64,000 nt of DNA. It comes from Gammaproteobacteria bacterium (GTDB taxonomy: Bacteria > Pseudomonadota > Gammaproteobacteria > Steroidobacterales > JACDCP01). Made by a program: the position numbers and the translations under genes. A model generated the notes under the pieces. It was not told the origin of the DNA and did no database searches. It saw nothing but the letters and a program-made list of their open reading frames with translations. The stretch is from positions 10,263 to 74,262 of the forward strand of contig JBOIDB010000094.1 in NCBI GenBank assembly GCA_050740235.1. Reading direction: 5' to 3'. Below, one piece after another: positions 1 to 7,901 of the stretch (position 1 is the stretch's first letter; each line of letters opens with the position of its first letter).

Positions 1-1713
1 CCCGTGCGCAAGATCATCCGGCAGCCGCGCGTGGCGATCGAATCGCCGCCGCCCGAGCCGGGCTTTCGCACCATCGACGGCAGCGGCAACAATCTCGACC
101 ACCCGATGATGGGTGCGGCCTTTACGCCTGTCACTCGCATCATGGCGCCGGAGTACGGCGACGGCGTGTCGCAGATGGCCGGCGCCAACAAGCCGAACCC
201 GCGGGCGATCAGCAATATCGTCGTCGCCCAGCCGGAGCTGATACCGAACCCGCTCGGCGCGAGCGATTACCTCTGGCAGTGGGGCCAGTTCATCGACCAC
301 GATTTCGCCCTGTCCGAGGGAACCGATCCGCCGGAGCCCGGCGACATTCCTGTCCCGGCCGGTGACCCGTTCTTCGACCCGGACGGCACGGGCACCGTCG
401 TAATGACCTTCAACCGGTCGATCTACGACACCGCTTCGGGCACGGGCACGGACAATCCTCGCCACCAGATCAACGAGCTGACGGCCTGGATCGACGGCTC
501 GCAGGTCTACGGATCCGATGTGACGCGCGCTGTCGCGCTGCGCAACAACGACGGCACGGGCCGACTGTTGACCAGCGCGGGCAACCTGCTGCCGTTCAAC
601 ACGGCCGGATTGCCGAACGCCGGCGGCAACAGCCCGGAATTTTTCGTCGGCGGCGACGTACGCGTCAACGAGCAGTCCGGCCTGACCGCCATGCACACTC
701 TGTTCATGCGCGAGCACAACTTCCAAGCCGACAAGGTCCGCGCTTCGGACCCGAGCCTCTCCGGCGACGAAATCTACGAGCGCGCGCGCCGACTGGTCGG
801 CGCGGAGATCCAGGTCATCACTTACGAGGAGTTCCTGCCCGCGCTGCTCGGGCCGAACGCGCTGGCACCTTATACAGACTACGACCCCGAGGTCGACGCA
901 GGGATCATGAGCGTGTTCTCGACCGCGTGCTACCGGGTCGGTCACACCTTGCTGAGCCCGACCCTGCTGCGGCTCGATGCCGACGGCAATGAAATACCCG
1001 AGGGAGACCTGGCTTTGCGCGATGCGTTCTTCGCGCCGCAGCGGATCATCGAAGAGGGCGGGATCGAGCCGCTGCTGCGCGGTCTGGCCGCGCAACGGGC
1101 GCAGCGCGTGGATTCGTTCATCGTCGACGACGTGCGCAATTTCCTGTTCGGACCGCCGGGCAGCTTCGGCCCGCCCGGCAGCGAAGGATTCGATCTCGCC
1201 GCGCTCAATATCCAGCGCGGCCGCGATCACGGCCTGCCTGGGTACAACGATATTCGCGAAGCGTTCGGCCTCGAGCGCCACGCGGGCTTCGAGGATGTCA
1301 GCAGCGATCCGCTGATCCAGCAACGGCTCGATACGGCCTACGCCGATGTCGACGATATCGACGCGTGGATCGGCGCCCTGGCCGAGGACCCGGTCAACGG
1401 CGGGCACGTCGGCGAGTTGATCTTCACCGTGCTCAAGGTCCAGTTCGAGGCGTTGCGCGACGGCGACCGGTTCTGGTACGAGCGCACGCTGGAGGGCGAT
1501 CAGCTGGCCGAAGTCAAGGCAACACGGCTGTCCGATATCATCCGCCGCAACACGACGATCGGGGATGAATTGCAGGACGACGTTTTCCACGTCGCCGCCG
1601 CGCCGTCCGATCCGAATCCTCCGTCTCCGCCGCCGGCGTCCGGCGGCTCGGGCTCGCTCGGCTGGCTCGGCGCGCTGGCGCTACTGATCAGCCTGATTCG
1701 ACGTCGACCGTAA
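1..1713 (+). CDS. Animal haem-dependent peroxidase family protein, 5' end probably cut by the window edge, with a C-terminal sorting-signal-like tail
   Basis: The translation has GSGNN and WGQFIDHD (distal-His region), both typical of the animal haem peroxidase superfamily. No signal peptide is visible at the first residues, so the true start is probably upstream of base 1. Confidence 0.85.
   Translation, partial: PVRKIIRQPRVAIESPPPEPGFRTIDGSGNNLDHPMMGAAFTPVTRIMAPEYGDGVSQMAGANKPNPRAISNIVVAQPELIPNPLGASDYLWQWGQFIDHDFALSEGTDPPEPGDIPVPAGDPFFDPDGTGTVVMTFNRSIYDTASGTGTDNPRHQINELTAWIDGSQVYGSDVTRAVALRNNDGTGRLLTSAGNLLPFNTAGLPNAGGNSPEFFVGGDVRVNEQSGLTAMHTLFMREHNFQADKVRASDPSLSGDEIYERARRLVGAEIQVITYEEFLPALLGPNALAPYTDYDPEVDAGIMSVFSTACYRVGHTLLSPTLLRLDADGNEIPEGDLALRDAFFAPQRIIEEGGIEPLLRGLAAQRAQRVDSFIVDDVRNFLFGPPGSFGPPGSEGFDLAALNIQRGRDHGLPGYNDIREAFGLERHAGFEDVSSDPLIQQRLDTAYADVDDIDAWIGALAEDPVNGGHVGELIFTVLKVQFEALRDGDRFWYERTLEGDQLAEVKATRLSDIIRRNTTIGDELQDDVFHVAAAPSDPNPPSPPPASGGSGSLGWLGALALLISLIRRRP
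1639..1710 (+). other. GlyGly-CTERM-like C-terminal sorting tail (Gly-rich motif, hydrophobic helix, basic cluster)
   Basis: The last 24 aa are SGGSGSLGWLGALALLISLIRRRP, preceded by a Pro-rich linker PSDPNPPSPPPA. The layout matches the described GlyGly-CTERM and rhombosortase-substrate architecture. Confidence 0.5.
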
Positions 1714-1724
1714 GTCGTCGGAAG

Positions 1725-2372
1725 CTACTGCGCCGGTGCGGCAGGTCGCACGATGCGAGCGTTGGCGCGCTGCTGTTGCGCCATCCTCTCCAGCTCCGCG
1801 ATGAATGGCTCGAGGCCCTTGCGGTCTATTGCCTCGTCGATGACTCGGCGCTGGCTCTGCACGTACGAGATCCCTTCGACGAGCACGTCGTAGACCTTCC
1901 ATTCTCCGCCGGTCAGGCGCAGCTTGTAATCGACCGGCACGCGCGTGCGGGTGTCGATCACGACTTCCGTGCGCACGCGCGCCAGCCGCTCGCCGCGCTG
2001 CGCCCGATAAGGCAGGATGCGCACGCGGTCCTCATCGTAATGAATGAGCCCTTTCGCGTACGTGAGCAGCAGAAGCTGATAGAACGCGTCGATGAAGCGC
2101 TGCCGCTGCTCGGGCGTCGCTTTCCGCGAGTGAGTGCCGAGCATCAGACGCGCGGCGAAGCCCGTGTCGAAGCGCGGCAGAAAAACGTCGCTCGCGATCT
2201 CGTAGAGACCCTCGGGATCGTTGCGAAGCTCGTCGCGTCGCCCGTCGAGCGCTGCGACGAGCTCGTCGGCGGTCTGCTGGATTACGCGCACCGGCTCCGG
2301 CGGCGCGGCTGCGGCGGCAGACCCGCTGCAACAAAGCAGCGCGCCGAGCAGCAGGAGGGATTGCTTGTTCAT
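1725..2372 (-). CDS. mlaC: MlaC/Ttg2D-family periplasmic phospholipid-binding protein
   Basis: Signal peptide MNKQSLLLLGALLCCSGSAAA. The length (~215 aa) and overall sequence resemble toluene-tolerance Ttg2D/MlaC proteins. Confidence 0.7.
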   Translation of the reverse strand: MNKQSLLLLGALLCCSGSAAAAAPPEPVRVIQQTADELVAALDGRRDELRNDPEGLYEIASDVFLPRFDTGFAARLMLGTHSRKATPEQRQRFIDAFYQLLLLTYAKGLIHYDEDRVRILPYRAQRGERLARVRTEVVIDTRTRVPVDYKLRLTGGEWKVYDVLVEGISYVQSQRRVIDEAIDRKGLEPFIAELERMAQQQRANARIVRPAAPAQ

Positions 2373-2557
2373 GAGTCTCGCCGCTCCATTTCCTTAACTT
2401 AGGTTAATGCATTCCGGCGCACGGATCGCTACTCTGAATATGGTGCTTGCAATCCTGCAAGCATCACGCAGCCGCAGGCATGAAGCAAGCGGCTGCAGCG
2501 CAGGAGATCGAATATCTCCTGGCGTGTCACTTCTCTACCAATTCCAGGGAGGAATTC

Positions 2558-2911
2558 ATGCCCGTCAACCCACAACTCCTTTCCGCCACCACGCTGATCG
2601 GCGACGAAGTCCGCAATCTTCAGGACCAGGACCTCGGCAAGATCGAAGATCTCATGATCGACACGAGGGACGGCCGCGTCGCCTATGCGGTGTTGTCCTT
2701 CGGCGGTTTCATGGGGATGGCCGACAAGCTGTTCGCCGTGCCGATGGATGCGCTCGAGCTGGATACCGAGGACAAGTGCTTCGTGCTCGACAAGTCCAAG
2801 GAAGCGCTCAAGGACGCTCCTGGCTTCGACAAGCACCATTGGCCGGATACTGCCAGCTCGGCGTGGCAGGAACAGGTGCGTTCGTACTACGGGGTCGAGC
2901 ATCGCGTTTAG
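2558..2911 (+). CDS. PRC-barrel domain protein
   Basis: LIGDEVRNLQDQDLGKIEDLMIDTRDGRVAYAVLSFGGFMGMADKLFAVP is a typical PRC-barrel core. I chose the ATG at 2558 because GGAGG lies 7 nt upstream; the ORF-track start at 2447 is probably an over-extension. Confidence 0.75.
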   Translation: MPVNPQLLSATTLIGDEVRNLQDQDLGKIEDLMIDTRDGRVAYAVLSFGGFMGMADKLFAVPMDALELDTEDKCFVLDKSKEALKDAPGFDKHHWPDTASSAWQEQVRSYYGVEHRV

Positions 2912-3066
2912 GCGCGTAATCGATTCTTTTCGATAAGTTGCGGCGCCCGGTTTGCCGCCGGTCGTCCGTAACGTTTCCGGCGCCGGCGCCTGCCGCTTCA
3001 TCCCGCGACGCGGAGCACGCGGCGGGCGCTGCGCTTCCCCTCAATACCCAAGCAGGAGCAAAAACC

Positions 3067-3540
3067 ATGGAAGGCATCGAGGAAACAACACCTCATCCGC
3101 GCACGTCCGAGACCAGCGGGGGACGGTCCGGCGGCGCCCGAAGGGCCGGCGAGAAGGCCGAGCGTCTCACCTCGCAGGCCCGCGAAAGAAGCCGCGAAGA
3201 GCTCGAGAAAGGCAAACGCGCGGCGGGCAGCGAGCTGGCCGACGTTGCGGAAGCCGTCGACGATGCAGCCGCGGGACTGGAGGCGAAAAACAGGACCTCG
3301 CTGGCGGCATACGCGCGCCAGACGGCGGACAGCCTTTGGAGCGCCGCCGAACGGATGCAGCACGGCGACGTGGATTCGATGATCGCCGATCTGCGCGATA
3401 CGGCGCGCCGCAACCCGGCTTTGTTTCTCGCCGGAGCCGCGCTCGCCGGATTCGTATGCGCCCGCTTCGCTAAAGCCTCGTCAAAGGATATCGAGGATTT
3501 CAAGGCGGGCTTCTCGGGAGACGGTCATGGCAGCACGTAA
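3067..3540 (+). CDS. Hypothetical charged coiled-coil-like protein with a C-terminal membrane anchor
   Basis: ATG at 3067 follows AGGAG. The C-terminal hydrophobic segment is NPALFLAGAALAGFVCARFA. The gene overlaps the next gene by 14 nt. Confidence 0.55.
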   Translation: MEGIEETTPHPRTSETSGGRSGGARRAGEKAERLTSQARERSREELEKGKRAAGSELADVAEAVDDAAAGLEAKNRTSLAAYARQTADSLWSAAERMQHGDVDSMIADLRDTARRNPALFLAGAALAGFVCARFAKASSKDIEDFKAGFSGDGHGST

Positions 3541-3970
3541 CGACATCGATGTGCCGCCGCGTCATGACGGCGGCAAGAGAGTGCACTTCAAGGAAGACCA
3601 GCCTGTCGGTACGCTGTTGTCCACCTTCGCCAACGAGGTTTCGACGCTCGTGCGGCAGGAAGCGCAGCTCGTCAAGGCTGACCTTCACGAATCGGCTGCG
3701 GATTTCAAGACCGGCATCGGGTCGCTGGCCGGCGGGGCCATCGTCGCCTTTGCCGGCTGCCTCGTGCTGCTCCTCGCTGCGGTGTACGGCATCGCACAGG
3801 AGCTGCCGATGTGGTTGTCGGCTTTGATCGTCGGCGGGGCGGCGCTGTTTGTGGGCCTGATTCTTCTTGCGCGCGCGCGGAAGAATCTCGCAGCACGAAG
3901 GCTCGCGCCCGGTCAGGCGGCGGATTCGCTGCGAAAGGATGCGCAAATGGCCAGGAGGACTGTGAGATGA
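3527..3970 (+). CDS. Holin-X-like (phage holin family 3_6) small membrane protein
   Basis: Two hydrophobic helices (GSLAGGAIVAFAGCLVLLLAAVYGI and WLSALIVGGAALFVGLILL) are followed by a basic tail. The pattern is typical of the family found next to DUF3618 genes. Confidence 0.65.
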   Translation: MAARNDIDVPPRHDGGKRVHFKEDQPVGTLLSTFANEVSTLVRQEAQLVKADLHESAADFKTGIGSLAGGAIVAFAGCLVLLLAAVYGIAQELPMWLSALIVGGAALFVGLILLARARKNLAARRLAPGQAADSLRKDAQMARRTVR

Positions 3971-4674
3971 ACGCGAGCGTCAGAGATCCGAGGCAGATCG
4001 AGGCCGAAGCCGATCGCACACGCGAGGCGATGGCGGAAACGCTGGACGCCTTGCAGCACAAGCTGTCGCCCGGGGAGTTGGTCGACAGGGGCTTGAGATA
4101 CGTGCGCGAGAACGGCGGCGAGTTTGCCGGCCATTTCGCCGACGACGTCAAGTCCAACCCGTTGCCGACGCTGCTCGTCGGGGTCGGTCTCGCCTGGATG
4201 ATGGCGAGCGGCCGGCGTCCGGCAGCCGGTCCCGCTGATCGATCCGATACGAGACCGATTGCGCGGGGCACGGGCGCGCAGCCGCATCGCGCCGGCCGCG
4301 CCGAAAGCATGAAGGACACCGCACAATCAGCGGCAGGGTCCGTTCGGGACAAGGCGCACTCCATCTCAGAGTTGACGACGGAGCGTTACGCCGAGGCACG
4401 GGCTGGCGTCAGTCACATGCTCGAGGAGCAGCCCCTGATGCTGGGCGGGCTGGCATTCGCTCTCGGTGCGGCCGCCGGGGCTGCCGCTCCGCGCACGCGC
4501 AAGGAGGAAGAAGCCTTGCACAAGTTGCGCGGGGACAGAGACGACGCGGAGCCTCTGCCGAAGCGGGACCCGGCGATCGGCGATGCGCGGGTCGAGCGCG
4601 AAAGCACCATCGACCCGGGTGCGTCACGTGCCGACCGCCTCTTCGAAGAGGAACGCTCGCGCGACTGGACCTAG
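3967..4674 (+). CDS. DUF3618-like protein
   Basis: The N-terminus IEAEADRTREAMAETLDALQHKLSPGELVD is the typical DUF3618 motif. ATGA start/stop overlap with the preceding gene at 3967-3970. Confidence 0.65.
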   Translation: MNASVRDPRQIEAEADRTREAMAETLDALQHKLSPGELVDRGLRYVRENGGEFAGHFADDVKSNPLPTLLVGVGLAWMMASGRRPAAGPADRSDTRPIARGTGAQPHRAGRAESMKDTAQSAAGSVRDKAHSISELTTERYAEARAGVSHMLEEQPLMLGGLAFALGAAAGAAAPRTRKEEEALHKLRGDRDDAEPLPKRDPAIGDARVERESTIDPGASRADRLFEEERSRDWT

Positions 4675-4685
4675 CAGGATGTTGT

Positions 4686-4707
4686 AGAAGCCATCCATGG
4701 CTTTTTC
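4686..4707 (+). terminator. Candidate intrinsic terminator after the DUF3618 gene
   Basis: Stem AAGCCAT / ATGGCTT with a CC loop, followed by TTTT(C), 12 nt after the stop codon. Confidence 0.45.
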
Positions 4708-4713
4708 AACTTC

Positions 4714-4834
4714 GCAATCCGAAAAGTGTGATTTTCGGATTGCGGGCATTTTCAAGAACTTGCAGTCCTTGAAAATGATGATGCATCCCTGCATTGCCTG
4801 GCAGGCTGTTGAAAACAGGTTTTCAACAGCCTGC
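4714..4834. repeat. Array of three further perfect hairpins or palindromes in an AT-rich spacer
   Basis: 4714-4743: GCAATCCGAAAA-gtgtga-TTTTCGGATTGC. 4748-4776: ATTTTCAAG-11 nt-CTTGAAAAT. 4801-4834: GCAGGCTGTTGAAAAC-ag-GTTTTCAACAGCCTGC. Confidence 0.7.
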
Positions 4835-5003
4835 TAGTCGGCATCCCAGCCGGGTGCCCGCGCGATGTAGCCGCTGCGCGCGCCGTCTGCTACGCTTCGG
4901 ACGGAAGGGGGTGACCTGACGGCCGTCGCAAGGAGCAGTACGGCAGCGCAGCGCCACCGCGAACTTCGTAGCCGGCGAGTGGCGCGATCGATGCCGGGAT
5001 GGC

Positions 5004-5726
5004 ATGAGCGAAAGCTGCATCGTTCGCCGGTTTCGGCATTCCGCCGACCTGCGCGCGCACGATATCGGGCTGCTGGAAACGCTCGAAGGAAGCGCGCGTA
5101 TCTATGCCAAGCACTCCATCGTGCGTGCCCAGCAGCAGCCGGTCACCTGCATCTACACGTTGCACTCCGGCTGGGCGTTCGGGTACCGCATACTGGCCAA
5201 TGGCGATCGACAGGTGCTCGACATTTTCCTGCCGGGCGATGTCATGGGCCTGCGCGATCTGGCCTGCAAGCGCTCGAACATCGGGTTTGCGACGTTGACC
5301 GAAGCTGAAGTGTGCGCGGTTCCGCGCCGCCGGCTCGGCGAGCTGTTCCAGGAGTCGACGCATCTCACGAACCTGTTCTTCATGATCGCCGCGCGCGAGC
5401 AGGCGATGCTGCTGGAGCGGGTCGTCAACCTCGGGCGACGGTCGGCAATCCAGAAAGTATCGCACCTGCTGATGGAGATCTGCGTGCGGCTGGAGCGGGT
5501 CGATCCACATCTGGAAGTGGACTGCGAGTTGCCGCTCAGCCAGGCGCTTCTCGCCGACGCGCTGGGCCTGAGCGAAATTCACGTCAACCGCACCCTGCGC
5601 CGGCTGCGCGAGAACGGCCTGGTCGAGACCTGCGGCGGGGCGATCCGGCTGCTCGATCGCGAGCGGCTGGAGGCACTCGCGGAGTTCGATGCGGTCTATC
5701 TCGAAGAAGACGCGAGCTGGCTCTGA
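5004..5726 (+). CDS. Crp/Fnr family transcriptional regulator
   Basis: A cNMP-binding-like N-terminal domain is followed by the C-terminal HTH LSQALLADALGLSEIHVNRTLRRLRENGLV. Confidence 0.85.
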   Translation: MSESCIVRRFRHSADLRAHDIGLLETLEGSARIYAKHSIVRAQQQPVTCIYTLHSGWAFGYRILANGDRQVLDIFLPGDVMGLRDLACKRSNIGFATLTEAEVCAVPRRRLGELFQESTHLTNLFFMIAAREQAMLLERVVNLGRRSAIQKVSHLLMEICVRLERVDPHLEVDCELPLSQALLADALGLSEIHVNRTLRRLRENGLVETCGGAIRLLDRERLEALAEFDAVYLEEDASWL

Positions 5727-5743
5727 TGGGGGAAAATGGGCGG

Positions 5744-5799
5744 GGAAAATGGGGACATACCTGATTTTTGACAGAAAATCAGGTATGTCCCCATTTTCC
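5744..5799. repeat. 25-bp perfect inverted repeat (6-nt loop), preceded by the direct repeat GGGGAAAATGGG x2
   Basis: GGAAAATGGGGACATACCTGATTTT-tgacag-AAAATCAGGTATGTCCCCATTTTCC, read directly from the sequence. Confidence 0.85.
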
Positions 5800-5861
5800 T
5801 GTCACATATCCGGCGGCGGATTCCGCAAGCGCGCCGTCGCTGCCTGAACTACCATGCATCC

Positions 5862-7304
5862 GTGAAATTGACGCGAGAAAAGATGCTGGCGAGCATGTAC
5901 GAGCGGGACGCCGCCGCGAACGGCCGTTTCGTGATTGCCGTCAAATCGACGGGGATTTACTGCCTGCCGACCTGTCCGGCGCGCAAGCCCCAGGCGTGCA
6001 ACGTTACGTTCTACGGCACGCCCGAGGAGGCCGTCGCCGCAGGCTTCCGGCCCTGCCGCCGCTGCCGGCCGGATCATTTCTACCTCGGTTACGACGCCGA
6101 TCTCGCCGAGGTGGAAGGCTTGGTCGCGATCGTGCGCGCCGACGTGGCCGCGTTTCGCAGCGTGCAGGATTTGAGCGCGCGCTCCGGAAGCGGCGTCACG
6201 CGGCTCAACCAGCTCTTCCGGCAGTATCTGCATTCGACGCCCGCGGATTATCTGAGCGAATTGCGCGTGCGCGCGACACAAAAGTTGCTGGGCGATATGC
6301 CGGCGGCCGAAGCCGGGTTCGCGGCCGGCTTCGAGAGCACGTCGGCATACCATGAAAACTTCCGGCGCCTCACCGGCATGAGCCCCGGCGCCTATCGCAT
6401 GCTCGGCAGCAAGCGAAGCTTCGAGCTGAGATTGCCCGCCGATTTCCTGTGGGAGTTTCCGCGACAGATGTTCGCCCGCGATGCCGGCAGCGTCACGGAG
6501 CGCGTCGCCGGAGACAAGCTGATCAAGGCGTTCTCGAACGATGGACTTGCGGCCCGACTCGAGTTGACGCCGCGAGGCAGCCGCGTGCGATGCGAGGTGT
6601 TGTCGACCGATCCGGTCGATCCGTCGCTGATGCGCAAGGCACACGAAGTAGCCGCGCGCACGCTGGGTCTGGCCGCCGATCCTCTGCCGTTTCGCCGCCA
6701 CGTGGAACGCCGTCCCGAGCTGGCATCGCTGATCGACGGGCGCGCCAGCCTGCGCATACCGCAGACCGCGGACGTCTTCGAAGGCGTGGCGTGGGCAGTC
6801 ATCGGCCAGCAGATCAACCTGCGTTTCGCTTACGTCTTGCGTCGCGCGCTGATCGAGCTTTGCGGCCGGCCGGCAGGCAACGGTTTCATAGCGCATCCGC
6901 ATCCGGAGCAGGTGGCCGCGCTCGACTACGCGGACCTCACGAGTCGACAGTTTTCCCGCCAGAAGGCCGCATATCTGATCGACTTCGCGCGGCTGATCGC
7001 CACCGGCGAGTTCGACGCGGAGGGCTTGCGCGCGCTGCCGACGATCCGCGCGGAGAGACAGCTCCGCGGCGTGCGCGGCATCGGCCCGTGGTCGGCGAAC
7101 TACCTTATGTTGCGCGCGCTTGGTTTCGCGGACTGCGTGCCGATCGGCGATACCGGGCTGGTGACGGGACTCGAGCTGTTTTTCGCGCTCGATCACCGGC
7201 CGAATGCCGTCGAAACTCACGCGCTCATGCAGAAGTTCGCGCCGCACCGCAGCCTGGCCACCTATCATTTGTGGCGAAGCCTGGGTGATGTCCCGGCGCC
7301 ATGA
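5862..7304 (+). CDS. Ada-like Zn methyl-acceptor domain + AraC HTH + AlkA (DNA-3-methyladenine glycosylase II) fusion
   Basis: YCLPTCPARK...GFRPCRRCRP is the Ada Cys4 Zn site. An AraC-type HTH sits in the middle. The C-terminal HhH-GPD motif is LRGVRGIGPWSANYLMLRALGFADCVPIGDTGL. The start is GTG 5862; ATG 5883 is an alternative. Confidence 0.85.
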   Translation: MKLTREKMLASMYERDAAANGRFVIAVKSTGIYCLPTCPARKPQACNVTFYGTPEEAVAAGFRPCRRCRPDHFYLGYDADLAEVEGLVAIVRADVAAFRSVQDLSARSGSGVTRLNQLFRQYLHSTPADYLSELRVRATQKLLGDMPAAEAGFAAGFESTSAYHENFRRLTGMSPGAYRMLGSKRSFELRLPADFLWEFPRQMFARDAGSVTERVAGDKLIKAFSNDGLAARLELTPRGSRVRCEVLSTDPVDPSLMRKAHEVAARTLGLAADPLPFRRHVERRPELASLIDGRASLRIPQTADVFEGVAWAVIGQQINLRFAYVLRRALIELCGRPAGNGFIAHPHPEQVAALDYADLTSRQFSRQKAAYLIDFARLIATGEFDAEGLRALPTIRAERQLRGVRGIGPWSANYLMLRALGFADCVPIGDTGLVTGLELFFALDHRPNAVETHALMQKFAPHRSLATYHLWRSLGDVPAP

Positions 7305-7370
7305 GAAAGGCAGTGCCGGCCAGATTTGAACGGTTGGCGGGCTGAAGCCCGCTCGGTATAGAGGACAGCG

Positions 7371-7871
7371 ATGACGACGTTTTTCGAGGATATCGACACG
7401 GGCGTTGGGCCCTTGCGTGTCGGCGTGGATGAGAACGGACGGCTGGTACGCACTGCTTTTCTCGACGGGCGCCACAAATACGACGCTGCCGCGGAGTGGA
7501 AGGATGCGATCCCGGGAAGCGAGGCGCATGCGGCGGCGACGCAACTCAGCGAATACTTTGCCGGTGAGCGACGGACGTTCGAGTTGCCGCTCGATTTTCA
7601 GGGCAGTGCGTTTCAGATCAAGGTGTGGCGCGCTCTGCTCGAGGTGCCGTACGGCGAGACGGCCAGCTATGGCGACATTGCGCGGCGTATCGACGCTCCG
7701 GGCAAAGCGCGCGCCGTCGGACGCGCCAACGGGAGCAACTCGATTCCCGTCGTCGTGCCGTGTCATCGCATCATCGGCAGCGACCACTCCCTGACCGGGT
7801 ACGGCGGCGGCCTGCACATCAAGCGTTATCTTCTCGAGCTCGAGGGCGCGCTGACGCCGCAGCTCATCTGA
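7371..7871 (+). CDS. ogt: Methylated-DNA--protein-cysteine methyltransferase
   Basis: Active-site motif VPCHRIIGSD and a size of 166 aa. Confidence 0.9.
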   Translation: MTTFFEDIDTGVGPLRVGVDENGRLVRTAFLDGRHKYDAAAEWKDAIPGSEAHAAATQLSEYFAGERRTFELPLDFQGSAFQIKVWRALLEVPYGETASYGDIARRIDAPGKARAVGRANGSNSIPVVVPCHRIIGSDHSLTGYGGGLHIKRYLLELEGALTPQLI

Positions 7872-7901
7872 TTCCATGCATTGCTCCGGCGAAAGCCGGG
7901 G

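Noticed and set aside
2393-2406. The near-palindrome TTAACTTAGGTTAA in the mlaC / PRC-barrel divergent region.
   Set aside because: It is short and imperfect (12 of 14 positions) and has no known cognate regulator nearby. It cannot be distinguished from chance in an AT-rich promoter patch.
5815-5835. A possible Ada box upstream of the ada-alkA fusion (GGATTCCGCAAGCGCG).
   Set aside because: It does not fit AAT-N6-GCAA because the spacing is wrong. Only the GCAA core and a 9-mer shared with the second locus are present, which is too weak to call as a feature.
5802-7877. A very long antisense ORF (691 aa), with similar ones at 12323-13816, 13885-15606, 15606-16886, 16747-18213, 18830-20998, 20995-22422, 41084-42964, 56110-57852, 57978-59414 and 59682-61967.
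   Set aside because: All lie opposite genes with clear family motifs and have Arg/Ala/Gly/Pro-heavy, low-complexity translations. They are typical shadow ORFs of GC-rich DNA.
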